A DNA stretch of 62,871 nt, counting the filler, from Platydemus manokwari (lineage: Eukaryota): the NCBI GenBank assembly GCA_037951405.1. It is 5 parts of 5 records of this genome, joined end to end, with 100 filler letters (N's around TTAATTAATTAA, not from the genome) between each part and the next. Parts side by side here need not be neighbours in the genome. Positions count along the whole stretch, not along the records: positions 1 to 9,957 come from JBBMOY011185100.1; positions 10,058 to 20,802 come from JBBMOY011108775.1; 3 more parts are not named here. The stretch is one strand, 5' to 3'. How positions within the stretch are numbered: position 1 is the first letter of the stretch; the number at the start of each line of letters is the position of its first letter. The translations under genes were made by a program, and so were the position numbers. Positions 1-13,660 of this stretch are shown here, piece after piece. A model generated the notes under the pieces. It saw only the letters and a list, made by a program, of their open reading frames with translations. It did no database searches and was not told the origin of the DNA.

Positions 1-1683
1 CCAAATTTGTTTGAATAATGTTTATTTGTTTTTAATTAATAAATTTGTGAAAATCCTAATCATGAGTTCTTTTGATGGAACACCAGTAACAAACGAAGTA
101 GCTGCTACTAACAATTATTGAAGTCGATAATGTGCGATCTGATTAACACGACTTTATTGCAAGCGTCATTTATTCTGGACACAATATAAGCATCAAAGAA
201 TATGTGGGCAAAATAAAGAATTCACGAGAGTTGGTTTTGCCAACAACTAAGAATAATATTTGTGAATCCACACCTTTTATAATGATAGCTGATATAGAGT
301 TTCAAAAATTCTTTGAGTTTTACAACTGCTAATGTTCCTTATATTATTCTTAAGATAAACAAACAAAACCTTTCATTTTATTTCCACAACTAATCTTAGT
401 TAGTTTCTTTTCTAATGATTAAAGAAAGAAATTTCGAGTGCGATTTGCAGATACAAATGTGACAGTTTCAAGTTGAAGCTATTCGCTAAATTTTATCAAG
501 TATTACGGAATATGAGCGATGTATATCAACTAGAAGCAATAATAGTACTTTTGGATCCTGATTCCATGGTGTCTTAAGATGCTCTTCGACTCTTGATCCA
601 TATTCCAGGTTTTCTGTGATTTATCTAATCAGATCTATAAGTTGAAAAGCAGAGCTTTTGTTTTGCAAATATTTATACAAATTTGTTGTTGTTTTGTTTA
701 TTACCGCATATGCACGTGGATCACCTAATTCGCCTCAAATATATCATATATTTATAGCTCATGTGTGTTGCTGCTCATACTCTGAAATTATAAGTAGATT
801 AATTAATAAATAAGATAATGAGAATTTTCATTTAATTCTATTATAAGTAAATCAATAAAAGGTTATTGTGATAAAACAATTTTCATGTATTAATCAATTG
901 ATATAATGGGTGAAAAAGTAGTTTATTCATTCGATATAAAAGCTTTATTTTAAATTTTATATGAAACCTTTTGATGACAAATTAAATATTTGTTGAAGAA
1001 TATCAGAACAACATTATTGTATCACTCGATAATTGTCTATTTAAAATATTTTAATTAGCTATTATCGATTAATGATATGGCTCATGATAAAAATCTACAA
1101 TTTTATTAAATAATAATTTAAAACTCAAAGAAATAAATGGAATTCTGCAATATAATCACAAACGATGATTAAAATAGTACCCATGATAATAATCAATAAT
1201 TATTATAGTAATTATATTAATGAATATATAATGTGGTGGTATTTATGTAATGATTGATTGGAGGTCATGATTTATTGATGTACATCAGTAATGATGCACA
1301 ATAATATGAATCAAAACCACAAGTTTCACATCTAAAATTATCGAAACTGTCAAAAATAGCAAAATCCAAAAGAAACAATAAATTAAAAACCAACTTATAA
1401 ATTATTAATAATTATTTGTCTACTGAATTAAAACAAAAATAAAATATAAACAAATGTTGCCGATGTAAAACAAATATATTATTGATATTTTACTTTTAAA
1501 ATAAATCCTTTTCGAATTTTAAATATTTTTAAAATTATTGATAAAATGGCCGTTATTATTTGTGAGATACTTTAAATGAATTGAGATTTTAATTTAAATT
1601 TAATTCCAATTTTATATAAAATCATATTTATAAAATAATTAAATTTATTTGTTAAAATATTTGTATTTAAATAGATATTTCGG

Positions 1684-1953
1684 CTAAAGTTAAAAAAAGG
1701 GTCCTAAAACAAAATTTTAAAATTGTGGAGTGTACTGCAAAAATCTATATAGATTATTTAATTAAATTATTTAATAACATTCATTTTGAATTTTTTATTG
1801 AAGTACTTGAGTCAAATTTTAGTTATTTGGAATCAAATAATACATGCACAGGATTTTTAAAATCTCCTAAAAATTAATTATTTGAAAAACGGGTCAAAGT
1901 ACGTCAAAATGCAATTAATTGAAAATTAGCGAGGACCCCTTTTTTAACATTAG
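1684..1953. mobile_element. Non-autonomous DNA transposon (MITE-like), ~270 bp
   Basis: 22-bp terminal inverted repeats CTAAAGTTAAAAAAAGGGTCCT (1684-1705) and AGGACCCCTTTTTTAACATTAG (1932-1953), 2 mismatches; non-coding interior; a related inverted copy lies at ~36509-36722. Confidence 0.7.
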
Positions 1954-2077
1954 AAGCCATTGGAATGATATCTAAGATTTTTAGAGTTATTTTATAAAAA
2001 AGTGACTTCGAAATTATTGAGAAGTTCCAGGAACAAGATACTTGTGTTTTCTCTCAAAATAAGTACATAAAAATCAT

Positions 2078-2500
2078 TTAATATATTGGATACATAGATA
2101 TCAAACTTGTTGATGTTGTAATGAAATGTTGTAATGAAATAAATCGTGCAGGTGGTGATAACACAGATATATAAGTTTCTGAATTCAAATAGGAACTTGG
2201 TTCAACAATGAAGCTTTGTCCCTTTTCGACATTCTGAATAAAGTATTTTTGGTGCACGGGCTCACACAAAAAATTATATTTAAAATTATATCTATTAGTA
2301 AACTAACAACCAACAAATATTGACAATTTTTACTAAAATATAACAATTTAAAACTATTTATTGGGATACAAATGAAGAATTATCTTGACATGGAAATATA
2401 ATTCCGTGCAGAAATATCGTCATAGAAATTGACGAGAAATGTTTTGAAAGAACCAAATATAGTAGCAAGCATCGAAGACATGGTTTTTGATTGTTAGAGT
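2078..2500. mobile_element. Degenerate Merlin/IS1016-like (ISXO2 DDE) transposase fragments
   Basis: + strand ~2418-2500 reads VIEIDEKCFERTKYSSKHRRHGF*LLE, resembling the Merlin motif VEIDESxFGKRKYxRGxxxxGxWVFG. - strand 2078-2250 (NVEKGQSFIVEP..LNSETYISVL) weakly resembles the next segment. Motif recall only. Confidence 0.4.
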
Positions 2501-3390
2501 TCAATTTTGGTTATAAATCAAAAATTGAATTTTATGTAAAATTTCATTAAAAATGATTACAAATAAATTATAATATCAAATAACTCACGAAAAGTCATTA
2601 CTTTAAAATAGGGTTAAAGTAGCTGCTAACATTATTAAGAAATAATCATAAAATTATTAATTTTAAAGATATAAATCGAATAAAAGTAATTATTAATTAC
2701 ACTATTTATTTTTGATAAGGAACATAATTAATTAATTTAATTAAGAAGTAATTAATTAATTAAATAATTATATTATTGAAATTAAATTACAATCAATAAA
2801 AATTAATTAAAAATCAATTAATATAATTTTCATAAATTATAAATTAATAATCAATCAATCCACTTATGTAATTGATTTAATTGATCAGATATTAAAAATG
2901 AATATTATTATTATTTGATTATTTATTAATTATGTCAATAAATCATATTTTAAAAAATTTCTTTTTCAGATTTGATTTTATCTTTTATTATCTGAACCAG
3001 TTATCGAAAAGCAAAAATAAGCTCTGATTTAAATTTAGATTTCAAAATTATTTCAGAACTCAAACTTCATATTTGATTTCCGATTAATGATTTTATCTGT
3101 GTTAAAATGCAAATTTAAAAAGGGCGATAACTCATAAATATTTTTGTTTGAATGAATCCATTTTATTATTTATTAATATTGAAATAATAATGGAAAATAA
3201 ATACAAAGGTGCATCCATATATGTGGCATAACGAAATCAAATTTCTAATTATTTTGTAATTGTACTCAGAATGAGAACAAAATCATCATTAATGCTTTAA
3301 CAAATATTTGTCAAGATTTATTTAATTCTCATTAATAGATATTGATTAAAATTGTCTGATAAAATTTGTTTTTAAAATTAAACACGATTC

Positions 3391-3640
3391 TATTTTGCTG
3401 CCCATACAATTAATGGCCTCTAATATCATTGTTGCTCATTTTATATTGATTTACCAGATTATTTTCTTCCATTAAATTCAAATAAAATGAAAGAAATTTC
3501 TTGCAGATTTAAAATTAAAGAATTCGATAAAAGTACATTTGCCGTTGTAAATCTGATGTCCATAGCAGTTTTTCATTTCTCAATATTTAGAGTATTTTCA
3601 AAAATATTTATGGCACTACATTGTATGGGCAACGAAAATA
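3391..3640. mobile_element. MITE-like element, ~250 bp
   Basis: Imperfect inverted termini TATTTTGCTGCCCATACAAT / ATTGTATGGGCAACGAAAATA with TA at both outer edges (Tc1/mariner style). Confidence 0.5.
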
Positions 3641-3764
3641 ATATCGAAATATTTATAAAATTATTATATAAATGAGTATAAACAGCTGATTTTTATTGAT
3701 TATGTGTTGAGATTAAATGATACGATTTAATTTTATATTAATATGGTATTACATTTAATAAGAA

Positions 3765-4320
3765 TTAAAATTTTAATTTATATAAAATTTAATTCATTTA
3801 AAATATCTCACATCCCTCTTTCTTTAAAATCTTTGATTTTCTTACTTGTCTCTGTATCGAATATTCTATATATTTCATTACACGAAAACTGGAAGTCTTC
3901 TATCTTTAAATATTTTCTTTTACATCTACATTATATCTACTTTTATATCTCCATTCTATCTTCTTTTATGTATCTTTTATATCTTCTTATATATCTCCTT
4001 TTTATCTCTTCTACAACTTCTTTATATCTTCCTTATATCTACTTTTTATGTTCTCAACATAGTCTCAGTATCTTCCTCCTTCTTTACTATAATATTCAGT
4101 CGTTGATCTTTTCATAATCTAACCCAGATGGGTGGTCGCTATGTTAGCAGCTACTATTTTAAAAACCCCACACATCGAAAACGAACTGAAAAGTCAAGAC
4201 AACACGAATTTATTTCAATATAACTATTTAAATCAATTACATAAAAAAATTAATAACTTTCCTTAAAATTAAATTTTATAAAAAATTAAATTTTCAAAAT
4301 TTAATTTTAAAATTCTCACA
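3765..4320 (-). mobile_element. Miniature LTR retroelement (TRIM-like), copy A; 3' LTR only partly recognisable
   Basis: LTR 4142-4320 (TGT...CACA) homologous to the LTRs at 55563, 55970 and 45907. On the - strand PBS-like TAGCGACCAC abuts it, and polypurine tract AAAGAAAGAGGGA abuts a second LTR end at 3812. Internal 3813-4141 aligns with 55719-55969. Confidence 0.65.
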
Positions 4321-6704
4321 AATATCGAGCTGTACTTTGCAAATCATTTGATTTAGAAAATAATTTACTCACTACTAAAATTTTTGTAAAACATTGGTTA
4401 TTTAATTTAATTTTATTGTCAAAGAATGTGTATCATTTGGATCCACAGCAATTTATCTCAAAAAATCTATTGATTGAATAATTAAGGCAATGGTTAAGTT
4501 CTTGCGCTGTCAGCCAAACAATTAATTGATTGATATAAAATATCAGTCTGAATCAAAAAGTGTGATCAATTTTCTGATTTGATATTTAATTAAAGTTTTA
4601 TTAATAATTTCGTGTTAGTGTTGCGTCTTATAACTAAAAACAAAAATTTATAGATTCTCCTATCCTTTCTTCCAATTTAAAATTTCTCCAGATAATTTCT
4701 GCCTTATTCACTCATTACAAATCGAAAGCACTAACAATGTTTAAGCTATTGATTAATACCTTTTCCTTTGTCTATAAATTCGTCAGTTTGCTTTTTTCGA
4801 ATTTTCTCCATCTATTTTTCGGACATAAAAATTTAAAATTTCATATCCAATAACCGTTGCCATTGATACCTCATTTATTATTAATCAAAATGACATATTC
4901 GATAGCTTAATTTTACTTAATGAAATTAAAAATTTTTGTCAGTAATTCACAAATTTGATTTATTAAAACAACACATTATAAACTCATTACCTAATAATTT
5001 ATAAAGTGGTACATGTAAAATTTGCTATTAATTATTTCATTAATTATTAGTCATATATTTAAACATACCATCTGGCTTATTTTGAACAAGTAACTTTTTT
5101 GTAATTATGAACTATAATAATTAGATATTAGAAAAAAATAATGTTGCAATGTAATCTATTTTGATATATATTGATTACAGTGTTGTTGAAATATGCATTG
5201 CATTTATTTAGTCTATTGAAACGGTAATATATTAAATTATTATTGTGGTTGTACATGTACAGAAAATTGAACTTGAATTAATGAGATGATATTTGCTATT
5301 CGATAACGTATTCGAATTTCTCTGATCAATTATTTTATTTTTAACTTCAATCCTTTGCAAGTGACAACTGTAGCATAAATAATCAAGCATAATTAACATT
5401 TGATCTTATCTTGTCTGACATTTATCGCTCACCAATGTCCAGTTATGTAAAATGTTAGCTTCGGATTTGTTCGTACAATTTCAAACCTAATATTCACTAT
5501 TTTTTGTCTTCAATTATATTTGTGATTTATCTGAATTCATGCACAAATGAACTTTAACAATTACGATTGAAAGATGAAGTAGTCCGGATAATTCATTTAT
5601 AAATTGAAATGATAAATAGTTTGGCACCGTATCAATTGGTGTGCAACAAAACAGTTTAAAGTTAAAGCAATGCTTCGTTAATAATTAATATAAATTACAG
5701 ATAATTAAATACTCCAAATTAACAATAGCAGAAATTATTATTGAGCTTTTTAATGACAAATTCCAAAAGATTTAAATTCCATTTAGATTTATGGTAGCAA
5801 ATAACTGTCTAGCAATTAAAGATAAGATGCATTTAACTAAGTATATTGTGTAATTTATCTATCTCGGCAAATAATTTGGCTTAAAACCTCTAATTGCTTT
5901 GGTGAATAATTACATTAAATACAGATTTTTTTTCATGTTGATTTGAATGCCAAATTGTTAGTACACGTTAACAAGTAAATAGACAAAAAATCATTCAATC
6001 GACCGAAATATAAATTGATTTAACATTAAACCCGATAAAAGTGCATTGTCTTTAAGAGAATTAAAATTGAAATTACTTAATTAGGTTACAATAAATTGTT
6101 CTTATTCAATAAATACCAAAAATAGTTATTCAAACAAAAAAACTACGAATATTTTCCACATATCTCAAAGGCACGACATAGAAAAGTACGTTACTAAAAT
6201 TATCCAGTGAGATTAAGGTTAAAATAGAAAACATTTCAGAACTTGCCAAAACAAGTGGGTATTTAAAACACATATTTGAATAACCCTGGATTTCATGGTT
6301 TTTCAATTCAATTTTCCAATCATTTTCGAGGCAATAAATTCAATTGTCATAGCAGCAATCACACAACTTTGATGATCGGTTCAATGTTGAAAAGAAGCAC
6401 ACCAGTCAGTCATTGTTACACACCACATTAATGCGTGACAATTTACAATCAAAAAATTAAGCAAAATCCAATTGTTATAGTGACACAATTGAAGATGAAA
6501 ACTTCGTAAATGCATTTAATTAAAATCACCACTGCACAATGATTGAAGAATTCAGTATTCAAAAGACCCTCGACCACCAATAAAAGAAAAAACAGTACTA
6601 CAATTGATATATATTATCTTTCATATTCGCCTATCAACATCATCATCAACATCATCATTCATCGCACAAAAACACATTATTGATAAAACCAAATAGCATA
6701 TTTT

Positions 6705-9282
6705 TTATTCCTTTTCATCTGAGGTCGGTGATTTTAGATATGCGTCGGCTCGTTGATGTTGCTCTAAAGCATTGATTGTCGATTGATCACGAGGAAGTTC
6801 TGATTTTCTACGCATTATGCCACCCTTTTCTTTCTGTGATTTGGAAACATCGTTGAACTGAAAACAATTTCATTAAGATTTCCAATGGAAAAATCGATAT
6901 ATCCATATTTTTACTTTCGCAACATCTATCGTCATGTTTTTAAGAGTTTGGGTGATATTTTCTCCGGAATGGTCGACCATATCTTCAGTTGATGGTGATG
7001 GCATTGTCGATATTTCGTGGTTAATCGAATCACCTTGAGCATCAAGCTGATCTTTGATTATTCCTTTTTCGGAAATTGTTGAATAGAGTGGATTCTTCTT
7101 TGCAGTAGAGATCAAGTTTTCCCATTCGGTTTCTCTGCGTCTTCTTTCTTCTTTTTCCCTGGAAAGATTATTAAAATTATGCTATGTCAATTATTCTATG
7201 AATTAGTTTAGATGATTGTGAAACTATATTTGAGCTCAATTCCAAAGATTCCAATATTATTTTCATTAATCATCACAACATTGGGTACAATCAATTATAA
7301 ATTTATGAGTATTTGTTACAGTGTTCAGTGCCATGGAAAATCGTAATGGTTAATGAATTTATAGGCGGTAAATCAGTTCATATCGAGAACATTATAGATT
7401 ACAGTTCAAAATAATATCGAAATTATAATCAACATTAAATTTTATATTGTGTTCTCATTATGATATAGTTTTGTTTCGAATAGGTGCTCCGATGTGTTTA
7501 TCTAATAAAATGCCAAAATGGCCAAGCAACATTAGAAATCCTGAATTAACTTCGGTAATAATAATAATAATAATAATGAAAATTATAATCACAATAAAAT
7601 AAGCCTTTTTCTCCAATTTAATATCAATAATTATCTAATTGGCTAAATCTCTCCAATAGTTTTGAAAGTCACATCGAAGTGCTATTTTTATAAAATAAAG
7701 GAATAATAAAAACACAAACAACAACAATTGTTAAACAATGGCTATCATCATTACATCTTGTCATCATCAATATTATCGAATGGACCACACCGATGATATT
7801 AAATCGTTATTCAATGTGATGACATACCATTTGGTGTATATATTACGAAACTGATAGCTGGATCATCTGATCAGTGTGATGTTAATTTATAGGTGATGCA
7901 TGTATTTATATATAAATGTATATTTATAAAATCATTTGACACACACACATAATAATAATAATAAGATGATGTCTTACTTTTGCCTTTCCATTTTATAATT
8001 TTGTGTTCGTTCATCGAACAATTGTTGATTCATTTCCATAAACAATTTCAGAGCATTGAATACCAGTGTATGGATCGTTCTATATAATAAAGGTCATTGA
8101 AGACAGAGCGCGCAAATTTCTGACAAAATAATACTTGTTCCAATGTAATTTCGATTTATACAAAGCTGGAAACATAATTGGAAAGATCTCTTCCATGTGT
8201 TCGGTAATCAAAGACAGAATGTATTCATTGTTCCAGAAATACAATGCCCTTTCAGCAACTTGAAATTGTTGTGATGAAACACATCTGGCTAATTGATTGA
8301 AAAGAGGTTTGATTACTTTTTGAAATTCTTTGGTGTCTAAAACTTCCATGATTTCCTCTAATTCGTTGAGAAACATCACTTCTTTAGGACTATGAACTTT
8401 GGGCCAATATTTTAAAAGACCAATTATAACCTGATTTGAATGTTTCATAATTAAAATCAATCAAATCAATCAAATGGTTTACGTGTTCTGTGAGTGTACA
8501 ATCTTTTTCCAAAAATTGAACAACACAATAAGCAAGCTGGGGATGATACACACTCAACGATTTTACTTTATGCAAAGGAATTAAAACTCTCTTAAGGAAT
8601 GTTTTATGTTCTTCTTTTAAAGGTAATGCAAATCCATTTATTATGCTAGAAAAAAGAAATTCAATTCATGAAATTATATGGATGGATTAAAAACCTACCT
8701 TCCTAATATTTCCAACAATTCTGCAATTCCATTATGTCGTTCAGTTTCATAGATGAATCTGATAAAGAAATGAAATTTAAGAGAAAATTACCCTGCTTAT
8801 CAGAGTGATGAATTATTAACGTTATCAGATACTGATTTTTGGAATAATTGAGATAATTTCATTGTAAATGTTGTATTTAATAACGATGAACATTAAATTT
8901 TTATAGATTAAAATTTTTGTAATTATTTTAATATTATGAAAAAGAATTGACCTTAAAGTTGTAAACATTTTAAAAATAATAATATATTCATTGATGCGTG
9001 AAATGGTATATACACTACCAACTATAAATTAGAATTATATCACAACCAAAAATATTTAAATATTACAAATGTTTTCATTCAATTTTATAAGTATTTACCA
9101 TGACAATATGTTCTCTATCGAAATCTATAAAAACAATACCAAAATTCGTACCTGTAAAATATATTGTTCACTTGTTTACGAATATACGCTCTTAAACCTA
9201 GAAATTTTCCGTAAATTCTATGCAAAATGGTTTTCAATAAATCCCGTTCTCGTGGATCTTCAGCATCAAACAATTCCAAGAG
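6705..9282 (-). CDS. PP2A 56-kDa regulatory subunit (B56/B', delta/gamma-type), 5'-partial; exons 9282-9152, 8758-8699, 8645-8483, 8430-8135, 8079-7978, 7158-6915, 6857-6705
   Basis: Spliced translation gives [102 protein letters not shown] and C-terminal [19 protein letters not shown] (B56 delta/gamma tail). All introns GT-AG and phase-consistent. N-terminal exons not found. Confidence 0.93.
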
Positions 9283-9957
9283 CTAAAAACGTATTCATTA
9301 CCAAATTTGATAAAAATATTTTTTAAAAAATGATTAATTTTTAGTATTTTAATTTCCATTGTAATAAGCTATAAAAATGTATAAGCTATAAAATAGTAAA
9401 TTTATTATCTTTGTTATCATTAATATCGTGCTGAGATTAAAATATGAACTTGGAACTATTATAAACATTATGCAAACCGGTTTTGTATGCAAATTACAGG
9501 ACAAAAATATTAAGTTGAAAGGATATCCGAGGTGACCCTGGAATTAATAAACTATTATTAAACAATTCGCTTGGTTGATCAAAATACTATAAAGGATATT
9601 AATTTTAGTACGGTTTGTAGTTATAACACAGGTACTGTTTTATTGAATTTGTTATCAGTAGCCGACATATCAATCAAGTGCTGAAATGTTTCCAAAACAT
9701 TGATAATTTATAAATAACCCATATAATACCGCTGCATTGCATCAATATAAAAGTGTAATGAAATCTAATTGTTTATAAAACAACATTTTATAACGCATTC
9801 ATATCATGGTTACCTTTTAACTTTTACAATGACCATGACAACCTATACCTTCAAGTATAAAATAAAATTATTATTCAAAAGGAATATGACCAGAATTTAT
9901 GTAGTAAACGATTAATATATGAATTGGAACACAGAACAATTATTTTTGTTTATCAAT

Positions 9958-10057
9958 NNNNNNNNNNNNNNNNNNNNNNNNNNNNNNNNNNNNNNNNNNN
10001 NTTAATTAATTAANNNNNNNNNNNNNNNNNNNNNNNNNNNNNNNNNNNNNNNNNNNN
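9958..10057. other. Assembly gap with artificial stop-linker
   Basis: N44 + TTAATTAATTAA (stops in all six frames) + N44 = 100 nt, identical at all four gaps. Confidence 0.97.
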
Positions 10058-10991
10058 TATTATTCCGGCTTTAATTAAAACAATTTCACTCTATTTATTT
10101 GATTTTAAAAACTTAATTAATCAATATATTGTTATAAATAAACAAATCAATAATTTATTTAAACCAATGATTTTCTTTTATTAATTTATTGTAAAATTAT
10201 TTTCTTTTAATTTAAATAAATAAATAAAATATATTCGAACATTGAAAATATTAATTATCATGGTTTTTTAATCATTATCGATTCCATGACTATTCGAGCA
10301 CAATATTTATATTTTTATACAACGGTTTGAGTACCATTTTCAGATTTACAATTCAATGTATAATGAAAAAAACTGATACTGTGTCTGGTCAATTGAAAAT
10401 CCATGACACTCCAGGGTCTAGCGATTAGTTCTGTTATCACATGTCAAAAATGAAACCATAATTCATTGATTTGATTGATTATCATTTCGTCTCAATCAAT
10501 TCAAACAAACTGTTGATGGTTTTTATTTGAATTGATTTCGATTGAGAATTTTATCGTATTAATTACTTTGTATTGATTTTATGTGAATTGTGTTCGAATC
10601 TTTATCGTATTTTCAAGTATGTAAACCAAAAGGGTTACATGGTGAAAATATTGAACGTGGGGGTACAAATGGACATTTTTCAGTGATGTCAATTTATTGT
10701 TTAATTGTCGATAATAACCATTTTCAGTTTCACATTTGATGCCAAAATTAGGTGTAGCTTTCACTTATTCAAATACAAATTTCACCATGTGATGTGATTC
10801 TTAAATTCACTGTGTTCATAAACTAGTGACATTGACTTATCAACCAATTTTCCTATTATTTCCTTAAAAACTTTTATTTAATTTGAGAATAAGAGGTGTG
10901 ATTCCGGTATGTATAATTTCAATTTAATCGAAATATTACATCATCAAGTGTAAATATATTGTGGAATTATAGATTTCGATATTAAAATTCC

Positions 10992-11050
10992 ACACACACA
11001 ACCACCCACTCACCCACATCCACCCACACACACACACTCACATATATATA
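10992..11050. repeat. (CA)n / (CACC)n / (TA)n low-complexity tract
   Basis: cacacacacaaccacccactcacccacatccacccacacacacacactcacatatatata. Confidence 0.8.
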
Positions 11051-13049
11051 ATAAAGCGAAGAAATATGTTTATAACTTAAGGAACTATCATGTTTATATA
11101 TTCTTGGCCATGGACTATGAAGCACTTAAAATTCCAAGACCCCATTAACATCGGATCTTCCTTAAACCCGGGAAACATAATCAATAAAATTTCGAATAAG
11201 TAAAATAATTATAAAAAACAAAATATACCGAAAAAGGGAAACCAGTAAACCGAAATGAACAGAAATCATAACGAAATTTCTCACATTAAACATAGGCAAT
11301 AACATGAAATTTTTGAAATCTCAAAATTTCATTCAAGAAATTAAATTTCAATTGCCACAAAAATCTCACAAATAAATCTCCATAAAATTAATGAAAAATC
11401 AATTGAATCAGAAATTAAAACAAAGCTCGATAATTTATTATGTTCCAAATCATTACAAGAAGTGGAAGTTTGCAAATACATTTGTACATTGGGTTTTCCA
11501 GCTCGAAAAAATTAATGGATATTAAGATAGACACAGAAATGGAAATGAAAATTTATTGATGTGATAATAATTTATGACCAGCGTATGGTTTTGAAATTAT
11601 TTTTCTCATTTCATTTTTAGTGGGCATCTCATTATTGATAAAATTATCTCCCAGTCGAAACACGAGGTAATCATCATCAATAGTATAGTATTAGTAATAA
11701 TAGCAATGAGACGATGCTATCGATTGCTCAACCCAATCGACCAATAGGAATGCGATTTTATCTTGGCCCAACTAATGAACAGTAAACCAAATATTTACTT
11801 CCAAAAAAACAAACGCTAGCTATTCTGTGTTTAAAGTTCTGCCGTGAATGTTTATCACAAACCGACTTTTCGAAACCGGTGAAGACATTCCTGATACATT
11901 TCTAATTTCTAAGGCGTAATTCAATACATTGATTTGTCATTTAAATAGGGGTATTCGGAAAAGAGTGTAGTGCGTGATTTGAAACAGTTTTCAGAGACTG
12001 ATTTCATAATCGTGGTGTGCACAAAACGTCTGCCATATTGAGTGGTATGTATCAATCTTGATTTATATCAATGGACAGTAGCTACCAGCCTAAACCGAGA
12101 AATATCTGTGAATGTTGTGCGCGAAATCAAATCGAAATTTCAATAAATCACGAAAAAACAACCGAAAAAACAAATGAAATGAGCCAAAAATATTTTGTCG
12201 TTTTTGAAAAATATAGGAGTAACGAAAATCGATTAATTAAAAAAAACGTAATTTACTGATAAAAATCCAGCTGTGGTGTGTTTATTTGTATTGCTTTGTG
12301 TTTCTCTATCGTCATTGATTACTGCTTACTTTGCCGATTAATATTGTGTGATTAAAACACTGTTAAATTTGGGTTTTGGTAATTTGGTTCAGAAAAAATG
12401 TCTTTGTTTCATTATCATAGTGAGATACAATTTCAAAAAAACTCACCAAATAAAATGGCAACGTCGGAATGGTTGAATCACAATTATTGTTGAATTATTG
12501 GCCATTTATTTTTTTAAATCAATCCGGTCAATCACAAAAAAAATGTGAAATCATTTTGGAATCGATTCTATGGAATTGTTCGGCAGTGCGTTTTATTATC
12601 CAATTTATTAAGCTAAAAATGCATATTGAATGATTGTCATTTAAAGCAGATTGGTGAAATGCATATCGATAAAGTGAAACATAATTTCAATTCTAATTTG
12701 CGTTTCGCCATCAGGATTTTATCGATTTTTATTATGAAAGAAAGGTAGGCATTTTGAATTGTAATTCCATCAGATTAAGAATTTGTTAACCGATTTTTTT
12801 TGTCAGAAACGAATTTTAAATAATTAATAAACGATTTTCATTTATGATTCGATATCGATTTACAATATCATTTTTAAAAATTGTATTAATTTACATTGAT
12901 CGTAATTAATTTAAAATTTCGAGAAAATCAATAAAATGTTAATTTTTTTTGAAACATCATTTCTCATTAATTAGCAATTATAATAATGTTGTGATAAATA
13001 ATAAAGAGTGACACAAATTCAAACTTACTGAATGGTAGTTATCCAAATA

Positions 13050-13660
13050 TCGTATTATAACAGGAGCTGGTTGACGATGATCCTCGTTTTAATAAAGAAA
13101 TAACAACTGATCTTGATAGTTTGAGCTAGAGTTATCAGTAATATCACTGATGCGAATATAAAGAGTGAGAATGCATCAGCTAGCCGTATCCAACGACCAT
13201 GCTGCTTCACGCATCATTAGTTATCCTGGTTCACAGTTGATTAGTAGTTGGGATAAAGAGCTTCTCTGTGAATCTGGTTAACGCCTCATCTGGGCCGCTT
13301 TGCTTGCTAACGGCAACATCCTCCTCTTCTCGCACACACAGAAATTTAAATCATAATTGCAGTTGTGTCTGCCATTTTATCTAAGAGAAGCATAAATTCT
13401 GCGTTTTATTCGCATCATTGATTCCTGTTAGCCAGTGAGGCATAGTTTCTATGACGTATATCTAGTGATTTCGACTGTTTTAACAAGCTAGCAATACTGA
13501 CGAAGTGTATCCAGAGGGCACAACTAGTTGTAATTAAGGTTGTATTGTTCTCTTTCGGATGAGGTTGATTGCTTTTGCCTTGCTAGACTAATTCCCTCTT
13601 GCTATGCATGAGATGTCCAAACTTATGCAATCATCAATGAATATTTTCATCTGATCAATG
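13050..13660 (-). mobile_element. Highly decayed Ty3/gypsy integrase remnant
   Basis: Across frameshifts and stops on the - strand: QLVVPSGYTSSVLLAC, RNYASLANRNQ*, FCVCEK and ADAFSLFIFASV..AQTI, in the order expected for integrase zinc-binding then rve domains; locally higher GC. Confidence 0.35.

Noticed and set aside
3743-4117. Hydrophobic + strand ORFs (124 and 86 aa)
   Set aside because: They are the pyrimidine-rich antisense of the TRIM internal region.
9116-9129. TATCGAAATCTATA, resembling part of a planarian spliced-leader sequence as I recall it
   Set aside because: Only 14 AT-rich nt, with no leader-terminal ATG/donor or Sm site; plausible by chance.
10002-10013. TTAATTAATTAA recurring four times between N runs
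   Set aside because: Synthetic six-frame stop linker inserted during scaffolding, not a biological repeat.
11730-12260. CCAAT-rich promoter-like stretch, GTATGT donor at ~12046 and 62-aa ORF 12071-12259
   Set aside because: Plausible promoter or 5' UTR, but no linked coding exon or homology supports a call.
12695-12720. Hammerhead-like CTGATGG-CGAAAC on the - strand (also CTGATGA sites near 47182 and 60120)
   Set aside because: Core deviates or stems I-III cannot be formed.
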